This document shows, in pieces, positions 14,315 through 57,847 of a DNA stretch of 64,000 nucleotides. Position 1 is the first letter of the stretch. Each line of letters starts with the position of its first letter. The notes below the pieces were generated by a model. The model was not told where the DNA came from. It searched no databases and was given only the letters and a program-made list of their open reading frames with translations. The stretch is from contig OZ249436.1 of NCBI GenBank assembly GCA_965235115.1, positions 36,086,001 through 36,150,000 on the forward strand, written 5' to 3'. Position numbers and translations under genes: made by a program. Origin of the DNA: Laetmonice hystrix (lineage: Eukaryota).

Positions 14315-15200
14315 TATCGGGTGGATAAAAAAAAAACGAACTTTAAACTTCAATATTTCAAAAAGTAATTTCTTAATATCACTTCATGATGTTGTCTCTT
14401 AGTTGTTAATGTTACAACTCAATAGCTTGGATAATGTTTCCGTGGGGCTAAAAACAAAAATCATTGTACAAAAGCGCAATGCCGGGCTAAAGCGAGTTGT
14501 AGTCGCACCCAGAGTCCCTGGCCTCACACTAGAGTAGGTGGTCAATCGGTCCCCCGTTTTCACTCCATACTGCTCTCAGTCTCTAGTCTAAAGCCGGGCT
14601 AAAGCGAGTTGTAGTCGCACCCAGAGTCCCTGGCCTCACACTAGAGTAGGTGGTCAATCGGTCCCCCGTTTTCACTCCATACTGCTCTCAGTCTCTTTTT
14701 CCATGAGCCAATGCACTTCCTGATCTCTGATAGGGAAATATCTTCCCAACATTGGGAAATACGCAAAGTTCTGAATGTGTTGCTAAACGTGATAATGATA
14801 CGATTTCCCTTGAACTTCTCGTTACAGTCATATCGTCCTAATGTTGCAGTTTCTCTGTAGGGTTTGGCACATTAAACATCGGTTTTTCTCTAAAAGTACT
14901 AGGAATAGCACATATTTTATTATATCTAGTGGTCCACAACATTATACATATTGTGAAACATGCAAAAACTAAATATTGAATTTTTTTACCCAAGGTACAA
15001 TACGGTGCATCAAACAGGTGTTAAATTGGACACCTGGCAGCTGCATGATATTTGACCTAATTCCAGCATTGCGTTTTTAGACACTGATTTTTGTTTTTAG
15101 CGCCACGGGATTAATATCAAAGCTATTGAGCTAAAACTTTAACATGCCAGAGATAATATCATGAAGTGATATCAAGAGAAATTTTTTTATCCACCCGATA
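14315..15200. mobile_element. MITE with long imperfect TIRs and TA flanks (Tc1/mariner-like)
   Basis: Left tatcgggtggataaaaaaa...atatcacttcatgat...ctcaatagctt...gctaaaaacaaaaatca is the reverse complement of 15083-15200; contains an internal 112-nt tandem duplication (about 14481-14696). Confidence 0.8.
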
Positions 15201-15720
15201 TATACATAATCTAAGATATAACTACGTGTATATCTATATAACGGGTCATAAAATATTAAATGAATGAAAAAAGAAGCCCCTGGGCCACAAACTTGTTAAT
15301 ACAGAAAGTCTTACAGAGCCAATAGTGGTAGCCTACAGCTGTACTGTTCCGCCTGTTCCCTGTCTCCTTTTCCCCTGTCAGCTTTCCACAATCGCCACGA
15401 GAGCGCATCATTGTGTTAGTACAGACGTTACTCAGCAGAGGGCCACACAGTGTCACTTCAGTTTGGTTGAGACGCCAGAATCCTTTGTCTTTTTCAGAAC
15501 CTTGTGCCTGAATGAATGCTATTGTTTTACAAGTATGACTTGTAAGAAATACCAAATTGAACATTCGATCTCTCAAAAAAATTGGGGGGAGGGGGGAATT
15601 TAAATTAAAAATGTTAAAAAGCACCAAGCGTTGCGTATGTAAGGTAAAAGATTGTGGCGGCTCTCTACCAACATTTCCACTCCACCAAACACGTGTAAGG
15701 TGAGGAGAGAAGGCCCCGGA

Positions 15721-46884
<31,164 letters not shown>

Positions 46885-47772
46885 TGTTAATCCAGTGATA
46901 TGTATTTGGTAGCATAAATGCTACATGATTTTCTCCCTTCCGCAATCGTTCACTACATCTTGTACGACGTTTGGCACTGGCGTTCTCATGTTATGGGACT
47001 CATCCGAAATCATTCATCAACAACACAGCCAGATGGCGGAAGAAGTCTGCTAGAGCAGTACCGCAGATAAAAACTACTTCCGGTACGATTGGCCACAACT
47101 CGTCTCACAAACTGAAAATATTCATTTTCCGCTCAGATTTATTAAATAAGAACTCCTGATGTTCAGATACAATAATATTATTCCTTTATATTTTTTTTTA
47201 TATTAATTATTCATGTTTGCGGTAGTGAAATATATCCGCAGTAAATGCGGTAACTTTTCCAGCATGGCCGACGTTTGGTGTTTTGGTCCTTTTCAGCCGT
47301 TTTAGCACGGTTCACACGGAGTCAAAAATTATATCTGAAATTACTATTAGATGTAAATAAACACCTGAATTAATGCATAAGTTGATCATAAACATATTCG
47401 AGTGGGCTATTGCAATGACTAAGATTCGATCAAATAGGCTGTTCATAACGCTGTGTGTGGACTCCTTGCACGGAGCTTCCACCGTATCACACTAGAGGGC
47501 TCTGCCTACAATTAGGGGCATCTAGTGATTCGGAATTTATCAAGCTTAAAGAACGCTTCACTTCCCTGTCGCTACAAATTATAATTTGCGAAGCTTTAGT
47601 TAGAAGTTTAGAAGATTTCATTTTATTGATTCCTTGCCTATTTTCATTATAGGGTACGTGGGTTAAACGTGTTGAAAGCTGCATCATAAAAGAGGAACGC
47701 CGTCAGCCTCATGATCATCACGCCCTCTGTTGGCATACGGTGGCGTTGCGCGACTCAGACACGATTTCCAAC
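46885..47772. promoter_or_regulatory. Shared divergent promoter region of DAPK and HACD3
   Basis: ATGs 888 bp apart, head-to-head; YY1-like AGATGGCGG (~47031) and ACATGGCGG (47771), ETS-like ACTTCCGG (~47075). Confidence 0.65.
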
Positions 47773-50700
47773 ATGGCGGATGTTTTGAGCCCCTTCGTCT
47801 ACTGGGGGCAAAACAACGAGAAGTTATTTGTTAAGATCGACCTGAAAGACGTATCTGTAAGTGCATTATGACGGTTGTTTCTTCATATCCATTTTTAGGT
47901 TCCTCTGATAGTTTACAATAATTTAGGGCCTAGGCTTAGCTCGGGTCTCGATGAAGTGTTCCTCCCGGCTTAAGTTTAGGTATCACAAGACTGTCAAGAG
48001 TATATTATTAATATTATCCAAACTAAAGTAAAGCACGTAGCCTAGGCCCTCAAGGCATTGGGAGAGAACCGCTTCGTTTGCTTTTGTATGAGCTTCTTAG
48101 AACTTTCTACTTCTAAGTTCTATTATGGCTAAGTAAAATAGATTTTATCAATTAAAATACATCAAAATGTAGACTACTGTTATAATTTTTTGAAATAATC
48201 AAATACACAAGAATTCTGTGAGCCTGCTTAACTTTCTTTAGTGGCTTTACTTTAAGTTTATTAATTTACCCACTAAAACTAAGTCATTCTCACACTCGTC
48301 CTTTCGGCAATCTTCGTTTGTTTGGGGAAAGCACTCTCACAGATTACACATCACTCGCAGCCCATTTTGAACATGCGTGCCACCTCACTCGTTAGCTTAC
48401 TACACCAGCGTGGTAACACGACATGTCCGCCCGGTCATGTCCGCCCCCCGGGATGTAGGCCCCTACCCCCGGTCATGTCTCCCTTTATGTCTGGCCCTCG
48501 CAGCTCCGTTCGATAGTCGCCTGGCAAGGGACACGTTACCTAGGAGGTGGCTCTCATTTTGTTGGGCACTTAGCGATTACAACAGTTGATCTACACTCCC
48601 CTAACTCAGTAGACTGTCCTAGACTTTCGACTCTTGTCACATTGACGGCTTTTCCCGGGACCTCGGGCGGCAGCCGCAGGGTGGGCAGTCGACTGAGTCG
48701 AGTGTCTATCACACCGGCAAGGCGGGTGGGAGGGCACCAAGGGGCGGACATGACCGGGCAGACATGGCGACGGTGTTTGTCTTTCGATTAACCACTGGTT
48801 CGGCTAGTGTCACGAGGAAATCCGCCATATAGCTTCTCAAAAGAAATAGGCCTATAGTTTGGCAAGCGGTGCCTGGTCCCCTGCAGCTTACCCAGGCTCC
48901 CGTGCAGGATCTGTGAGTGTTCATTTCAGCAGTGCGAATGTGAGCATGAAACTAAGTCTAACTAAGATAAGTAGGTAGTCTATAACATCGCGATAACACA
49001 CTTTTTATATCCGATTGACCTTGTTTTTTAGGTCATTGTAGGCCTAACTCTCAGCGCTGCACTCGCCCTCTAGGTAGCACCTACATGATAATATGTTAAA
49101 TGTCGCTGACATACACACTGTGGACTACCGGGTGAGGGTAATTTCAGTAACCCTCGTCAAAATGGAGGAGCCATTCCATCAGAATGGAAGCCCAAAAAGC
49201 ATTTGCCCAGATTAGAAAGAATGTGAATTTGAGGGAACTGAGAGTTGGCTGGCCAGGGTCTCCTGCAACATAGCTCTATGACAATATTAAAAATCTAATC
49301 TATTTCATTTCACAGTGTGAACTTATGTTGAGTCATAATCTGAGAATGTCCCCACTTTTAGTGGTTATTTTTGATGAATTTTGTTATTTTGAATAAATTC
49401 CAATTCTAACCTGCCCCTGCAAGGTGAAAGCCACAACGACTGGGACTACACATAGGTATTCCATGCTACCTCAACCATCTCAAGACATGGCATTCTGTGC
49501 AGAACTGACTCTGAATATTCATTGTTGATTCTAGGATCCTGATATAGACCTCACTGAAGAACATCTACACTTTAAAGGTCGAGGTCATGGGATGCGGGGC
49601 CTCAATGACTACTACTTGAAAATGAATTTCTATCTCCCTATCGATCAAGATGTAAGTAGTTCTGTAGTCAGTTTGTCAAGAATGACTGGACTCAAACTAA
49701 GTAGGCTTAGCAAAACATGGATTTTGACTTTGTTTAACAAGTTCTGGAACAGAGCTAAGACAATAGGAAAGAAGTATAGCTCAGTAAGCTCACTGGATAT
49801 TATAGTTACAATGTCAGTGTTATCTGGTATCCTGTAATTACAGTGGAATCTTTTTAAGCAACCTTATACTCATAAACAAGAAAAAAATTGTACATTTTGC
49901 TATTATGATCTATTGAAAATTAGCTCATAAAATACGAGTGTTTAGTGAAATGGTCCCCTGTCATGTGTGTATATATTTGTATTTTCTTCAAATTCCAGAA
50001 AAGCAAATATCGGGTGACTGATCGATGCATTGAGTTCCAAATTGAAAAGGTGGGCAAGAATGAATGCTGGCCACGACTGATCTATGAGCCAAAGAAACCA
50101 GCATGGCTTAAGATCGACTTTGACCATTTCTCTTTTGATGACTCAGAAGAGGAGCAGCAAGATGTTGCGGTAAGATCTGTTTTAAAAACATGTTCATGAA
50201 GGTTTCCACTTTACATCTAAAGAGTAAAGACACATGTACAAAACTTGACTACCGTAATCTTCCATGTACAAGCCCAGTGGGAACTGGCCTGCTATATACC
50301 AAAAGCTGTGGTGTTCCCTTTAAAGGAGAAGTACTGCCCAAAATCACATTTGGACAGGTGCAAGGCCTCTAATCACCTTTCAGAGTAGTGGTTGGAAATA
50401 AATGTCCCCCCATTCCAAGAAGTCATATGTCGAACATGACAACCAGGTCAAAATCACTGGCTTCAGCAGTGCAGCCATTGTGGCCCTGCCGAAAGTCCGT
50501 TGACGTCATGGTTCCATTAAAGTTCCGGTCTATATCTATTTGAGCATGCGCATGCACTGCTGCCAGCAAGCAAGCGGACTGATCCTGAATCAGTTGAGGC
50601 AGATGTTGTCAGGACTATAAGCCAGAGGCGGCCAGGGCGGGTCGGTGATTTGAGGGGGGGGGGGGGGGTCAGTCCCACAAGAGGCTGAGTGAGTGAGTCC

Positions 50701-52927
50701 TAGCACACAGCACACAACCTGCAGCTTATAAATGGCTGCAGCTTGTACATGGAAGATTACGGTATTTGATTTATTTTATGACTGAAGTCGATCTCTGGTC
50801 TTTCCGAATGCAGGCGGACAAAGAAATGATGGCAAACCTGGAGAAGGAGTTCAAAATGGCTGAGGGATCAGGTATGCCACTTGATGTTTGTCACTAAAAA
50901 TTATACAATTTAAGTGTTTACCTAGCATAGGTAACCGGCCAGCTTATAAAAACTTTTGCATTTCCAGTATAACTAAAAAGAAATAATGCATTAAGTTAGA
51001 CCCTCTTTGGTATGATATAGAATAATCTAGATGAAGAGCTAATGAAATTTGACATGATTGAATAGTCATGAATTATAATCAGTCCAAAAAAAGACAGAAT
51101 CTGCTATATGTTTACTTTGTCAAAGTAGGTCAGGATGTATTCATTATATGTAGTCTAAAGATTTATAGGGTTTACAAAATGTATTTTGTATTCTTTCAGC
51201 ATTCCGTGATATGAAGACATTCTACTTGTTTGTATACAATATGTTCATGTGGATTGGCTATTCTTATGTATTTGTTGTGCTGAACTTCCGATACTACACA
51301 GATGGGGAAGGTATGTAGTCCACCATGTACTTATCAGCATCAAATTTCTCTAACATTGGAAATAGCTTTTTTATTAGCTAAGTATAATTAGAATAATAAG
51401 AAGTTTAAGTATAAATAATAAGTATTCGTGTTATATAGTGGGTATTCTGGAAAACCTTTTTTTTTAAAATAAATGTGCACACATTAATTTTATCTCTGTT
51501 AACAGCTTCCAAAAAGTATGCATATGATGCCGTTGGTGCACAGCTGATGGTGTGCCAGTTGGCGGCAATACTGGAGGTGCTGCATTCTGTCGTAGGACTG
51601 GTCAACAATAGCCCTGTTTTGCCGTTCATGCAGGTAGGTTGCTGAAACTAAAATCTTTTTGAATATATGAAAACATACCGGTACATCAATATCAGGGTTA
51701 TTTTTGATCATATCATTCCTGTCAAATGAGAGGGCATTATTGAGCAAAAATGCATACATGTGTAAAGCTGCATGACACAGTTTTTTTTGTTCCATGAAAT
51801 GTTAAGTGATAGAGGGACTGCGAATGTGCTCTTTGTAAACAGTTTGTTACCTCGGGGTGAATCTTTTGATGTTGGGTTTTGTTTGTTTTACAGTGAATAT
51901 GTTTTACAGACTTTCATTCAGATTGCCCTTTTTGTGGTTTAGGTATTTGGCCGGAACCTGATACTGTTTGGGCTAATAGCTCAGGAACCAAAGCTACAGG
52001 AAAGAGAGATAGTATGGTGGCTCTTTATAACCTGGTCAGCAGTAGAGTTGATACGCTATCCTTACTATATGCTCAATGTTGTTGAGCTTGACTGGAAAAT
52101 TATCACATGGCTGCGATATACAGTGTGGATACCTCTTTACCCACTGGGCTTTATCTTTGAAGGTAAGACATTACAGTGTTACATATGAAAAGTTACTGAT
52201 GTATTTCCCTTTAAGGTTGGCAGGAGCACCTCTTGGAAACACTATAATAAATATAGCAGTCATTTCATGGGGGTCTAAAACAAGGCTGAGAACCTTGTTG
52301 AGAATGTCATGGACAAATGGCATTCTATATTGAAAATGATGTGTGTTGTGTCAGTCAACTGTTTCAATTCACTTTCAGAGATTTTCACACTAGAATTACA
52401 GCTTTCTATTTTCCATTTGAAGGTTTTGTGATGCTGTTATCATTGCCGTACTTTGAGCAGTCAAGAAAATGGACAGTAGACCTGCCCAATATGGCCAATA
52501 TGTCTTTCCACTTTCCGTCAGTTCTCCGTGCTTACATGCTTCTCTTTCTACCAGGTAAGTACAGTGAATCGTATAAAACCAATAATCTCTTGTAGAATTT
52601 ATTTTCTTAAAATCTGACAGGTAGCCTAATAATTAGATCAGTTTTAGAGCAAAAGGCCCAAAAGAAGTGCAAACATTTACGTTCAGAACATTAAATTGCC
52701 CTATTCAAAAAGTAGATGAATAATTATATCCGTATTGGACCCACTGAAGATGTATACCTTCAACCTCCCAAGAAGTGTGGCAGTATGTGGTCATATTCAG
52801 TGATAACTTCATTCCCTTGCTTTCAGCAATGTATATTCTGATGAAGAGGATGTATGAACAGAGAAAAAAGAAGATAAAGCCCAGACAACCAAGCCGGCGT
52901 GTTAGGAAAAAATCCAAGGCAGATTAA
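47773..52927 (+). CDS. HACD3: Very-long-chain 3-hydroxyacyl-CoA dehydratase 3 (PTPLAD1; CS/p23 domain + PTPLA membrane domain), 373 aa
   Basis: Exons 47773-47856, 49535-49651, 49999-50169, 50814-50871, 51200-51310, 51506-51633, 51943-52162, 52423-52554, 52827-52927; 1122 nt, all GT-AG and in phase. Motifs: LSPFVYWGQ, WPRL, WLKIDFD, ELIRYPYY, WLRYTVWIPLYPLGFIFEG (catalytic Tyr/Glu), C-terminal KSKAD* (KxKxx ER-retrieval). Confidence 0.96.
48411..48795. mobile_element. MITE-like element in HACD3 intron 1
   Basis: catgtccgcccggtcatgtccgcccc inverted against ggggcggacatgaccgggcagacatg; outer tggtaa...taacca. Confidence 0.7.
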
Positions 52928-55900
52928 GCCCAGTTGCCGACAAGAGTTAAACATGATCTAGATTGTGCATGTTTGCAGATCAAAGATGTTACTAGAATTT
53001 TCCCTGCCTCATCGGGTTCAGGTTTTGGTACAATGATAAAACTATCAGGGCATCCAGAATTTCTGTTGTTTCATAAATTTCTTTAAGTTATCTTAAAGAC
53101 TTACTCCTTATATGGGAATAGAGTGATGATATTCTCATCATGTTGTAGCTTGGGTTATTTTAATAGTGGTTGCTATATTTCCACATGTATGTATTTCCAC
53201 ATGTATGTATTTCACTGAGTATGGAATTTGCACAAATGATGCATGGATTCAATTCTTAATCGAAGATATATTGTGCAAATGGAATGAAAAAATGGAATTG
53301 TGTGAATGGTTTCATTATAATAGTATAAGAAAATTGTCACGAAGCAAGTAATTTGCAAGAAACTTTTTTGTAATGTTGCTTGGCAGTGTTTCAGATAGCC
53401 TTAGTTTGTACTGATCGATTTGAGTAAAGTAAGAATTAAAATAATAACATAAAATTGAAATTTTATAATTTTCTTTCTATCAATTAAGTCTGGCCAGAGT
53501 GTCTACATCATCTCCAGACAAGCAGTCGCCTCACATCTCCGATTCCTGGTACCTAGTGTTTTGGAGTTTGTAGTCTTAGATATATAAACCTGTTTATCGG
53601 GATGGATTGTAACAAATTGAATTTTATACCCAACACCTTTACATTGGCTCTATGTCGTGTTTGTACATGTAGTTTGAGCACACCTATCTGATAATTTCAC
53701 AGACTATTTATGCACCCGAGTGTGTCCAATCCGTACGCACAATAATCCCTGTGTTAAGGGGCTACTCTGGTTTCAAATTGATGGCGGTTTGTCAAGATTC
53801 CCAACATCTTTGACGTACTCTAGTCTGGTAGGTTGTTGAGGCACGAATCATTGTGTTGTAAACGTTGCAAATGAAAACAAACGGGAAACTTTCAAGTTTC
53901 ATTCGTCACTTTGTTATTTTACTTGCCATTATTCTAAATAATATGTACAGGTGATATTATATTATGATATAGTAAGGCTGCAAGGTTTGAATCATGAGCT
54001 ATTAAAACTTACATTCCATATTGAAATGTACGCATTAGTCGAGACATTTTAAAGTGTCGCCACTTACGTTAGAATGGGTCCATGTGGACACAAACATGCA
54101 GAGGACCTCTCTTCTGCATTACCCTACTCTAATCACACTGACTGGATTCGACTTTTAGATCCTCTGCAGTTTCACCACTTTAAGCAATTTTATTCTGGCA
54201 ATTCATGCATGGGCAGATATGCACAGGTGAAAAAGAAATACGAAAGACGGAACATGCCAGTCTTAGGAACTCAGGATCAAGGTCTGAAAGACCGAATCTA
54301 AAACTGTGTTGAATTATAGTGTTTTTCAAATAAATAAATGGGCTAAATGATGTGTTGATTGGTTTGAAATCAGTATTTCAGTGGTTGTAAGATATCACGG
54401 CCTAACTTGGAAAAGGTTGTGATTATCCACATTTGAACACGGTATCAAAGAAATCAAAAATGTTGCTCTACGAAAGGGTACCGTCCTGCGTGTTCATTCA
54501 CGATCTTATTCTTTTTCCGTTCAGCAGTACAATTTATCGCCACATTCATGTACGTTTTGTGTTTGATTTAGAGAATCGAGGGGTCTAACTTTTATGTTGT
54601 GGGAATCATAGGAATACCGTTTGTTCAGCGCATTTGGAGCATTCCATACATTTGTCCAGTGAACAAGATGGCCAGGTCTAAGTAGTTGAAGTGTTTGTGA
54701 TCGGTGGAATCATAATTTTGACATTCCTTATGGAGTAGTACCATGCCTTGAAATAAGTCGATAGGAAAAATGAAATGCAACGAATCAATTTTGGAGAAGT
54801 TTCAGTGTCGATTCAAGAGGACATGTTTACTCGCTGCAGTTGAAAGACGAGGCGTTGTGGAGATTCAATAATATCAGGGAAACTAGCAAGCTGTTTAACA
54901 TTCTAAATCGATTTTTATTACGTACAAAGGAAATTTTCTTGCTAAAAAATAAAGACAGAGCCAGTTCATTCCTTTGCGTGCTTTTTATTTGGATGTGATT
55001 GATGGGTTGTGGTCACTTTAATGGGTGAACAAAAATAAAACGTTAGAAAGGACTATTTGCCGTCATGTTAGATCGTGGAGTGGGTGAAATCATATGGCCA
55101 CGTTATCCCTCCAGTCAATAATTATGAATATATCGGCTGCCAGAAGACCCGTACATGGCGATAACCACATACCGCCAACTGCTTCTTTCAACACCGCCCC
55201 TGTCACGTTATATATCTTCATATTGTATTGGACTTGCTGTAGCAGACAGGTCTGACCAGATATTTATTCTTCGCAACAGATTAAATAATATATATTTTAC
55301 CTCCCCTTAACAGTCTATCCCATACATACCCTGGGGAGAGCGTATGAAGTCATTAATTACAGAACAATTGAAGCCCCATTTCACAGCTATAAAGTGCGAC
55401 CGTATGTTTTACATATCGGTGAATAAAATAAGAGTAATCTTTCCTCCTAGAACTATCTTACACTTCAGTGGCAGTATCACAATAATAGCTGTGAACATAA
55501 CAGCAGCACCTATGTAGATTACAATTATATAACAATATATAGCACAAAACTGTGGAAACATACGCAAACTATATTGTGCTATTATAGAAGTATTAAAATG
55601 TACAGCATTTTTTAAAATATACTAATATTCCTTGGTAAGATGTACCGTGACAAAGACATATGTAAGCAACATAAACAGCTCATGTAGAATGCTGTGTTAA
55701 ATATTTACCTGTGGCAGTGTCACTTACTTATAGTATAGTCCATGAAGACTTTCACCCTTTTGTCAGGGTCACTCACAATGGGCCCTGTACATATATCACA
55801 AAGTTGTAGCATCATTACAGTAGCTTGTAGTAAAGAGTCCGACTCAACCACCCACCGGGTACTTCCATATAAATGCATTTCTTTTTGGAATTCTTTGCTT

Positions 55901-55935
55901 TCCCCATGGAATTACACTTGAAAAGAGTCGTTTTA

Positions 55936-57044
55936 TTACACAAGACGGTCCGGATCAATCTCCTGAATGGGGTCACGCCAGAAGTTGAAGTTGTTAAAGG
56001 CCGGGTCTGCATCTTCCTCGTTGCTGTCATCATCAAGTCCTGTAGTGTAGTATTTGGTGTCCTTGGATAGGTCCATACTCTCCCTCAGGAACTCGGCAAG
56101 CTCAGCTTCTATGTCTGGGAGGATGGGACGCCAGAAAAGAATGTCACTAAACCCTATGGCAGCCTCCTCAGTCACCTGGAGTAAACAAAAGCAAAAGAAA
56201 TGGATACCGGTAACCTATAACCTGGATGTGTATTGAAATTAAAAATTCCATACGAACATGTTGGAAATTTATTGTACACATTCAAGGATGAAACCACCAT
56301 TTATTGAACCCGTGGGCATAAATATTTCGAGTTCCTTTAAAGAGAAATAATTCCACAGTTGTGACATTTTACAATAAATAAATAAAATTTAAATATGGGT
56401 CTAAATATAGGCGTAGAATGTAAATGTCTAGCATTTGTTTTTACATAGCCTAAGTGGTGGATCCAGGTCAGGTGCGCCCCCCCCCCCCTCAGCAACCGAT
56501 TTTCCCCCAGAACTTTCTGAATTGACCATGCTCACCCCCCCCCCCCCAATCCCCCACCCCCACCTCCAAAAGCAAATTCTTTCCCTAATTTGGGCTCACC
56601 CCCCCCCCCTTATCCGCCCTGACTTTGAAGGCTATGCTATCTTGGGTCGCGACTCACCTGTGTTTTAACGATCTAGTTGCTTAAATCTTGACTCACCTGC
56701 GGTTTACGCCGCTGGGGAGTGGAATTTAACGTTGTTACTTTAATTTGCATCTCGTCCTGTTTACGTGGATACAACGCTTCTGGCGCCTCTAACCGCGGTC
56801 GTTTTTCTCTTGCCTTCGCTGGCAAATTTGTGACGTCTGCAAGCCAACCCTGGGAGTCTGACTGGTGCTCAGATTCCAGACACAGTGGCGGTCTTTTTCG
56901 TCTGCTCGGCAATATCCCGGCTCGTTCCGCGGGTCGGTCCGGAGGGTGACCAGCGAGGGAACCGGACAATAGGGGAACCTTTGCCGGTGGTTGGGAAGAA
57001 GATTCTAGGCCTGTATGGCGGCGTTTTAACGAGTCAGCTATCAT
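55936..57044 (-). CDS. Uncharacterised C9orf40/AF1q(MLLT11)-like protein with two WRxPL/IPxID-type motifs, about 195 aa
   Basis: Exon 1 56697-57044 (start could be further upstream, up to 57218) ends CAG|gtgagt. Exon 2 55936-56175 follows a tttactccag acceptor. Encodes FSDILFWRPILPDIE and FNNFNFWRDPIQEID; the N-terminus is Pro/basic-rich with KR clusters. Confidence 0.75.
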
Positions 57045-57847
57045 CTGGACATGCGCATGCCGCCTTACCTGATCTGATTTAATGTATGCGGAATCGATTT
57101 TTACACGCGGTACCATGGGTGGGCACAGAGTAGTGATCAACGGATGCAGCGGCATGGCCTTCCTGCTGATATCCACATGTGCTACGGTCAGTCGAGCACC
57201 TTCCTGTTGGATGCGCATTTAGGGGGGGGGGGGGGGGGGGGCATGCGTATGAGTCTAGGTATCACAACACTAACCTATTTCTATGGGAATAGTAGGTAGG
57301 CCTACATAACAGGCAGAGTGTAGCGGTACGTGCAACCAGGTCTATGATGCAACAGGGACCAACAGGGAACTTTGACTAGGCCTACTTTGACCAGCAGGGA
57401 ACTTTGACCCGCGTTTCACAATGGGCCTAGGCCTACTTATTGTTCTCGAAATGTTTACTTTTCCTTCTCATATTGGTATAGGCCCTAAAAGGATTTGGGG
57501 GCGCACAGTAAACTGTTGATTTTGACAAATGCATAGATCTAGGCCTATCTGAGCTATAGCCGATAGACCTATAGATCTTCTTTCATAAATGCTGGCAACC
57601 ATAATTAAAAGGTTCCTATACTGAGGCTACTTGATGTAGGCCTAAACATAAATCTTATGGTGGTTAGGCCTAACCCTTAGGGCCTTATATTGAGCTTCTT
57701 CAAGTTGCAGATAAAAGGCCAGACACCAGATCAGAAAACTGCATGGTGGCGTACGTATTTTCATAAACAACCATAATCGTCTATAGGTCTATTGAATGCA
57801 TTAAAACGCAAATTAATGTTGTCATGATACTTTTATTTGCCCGGAGT

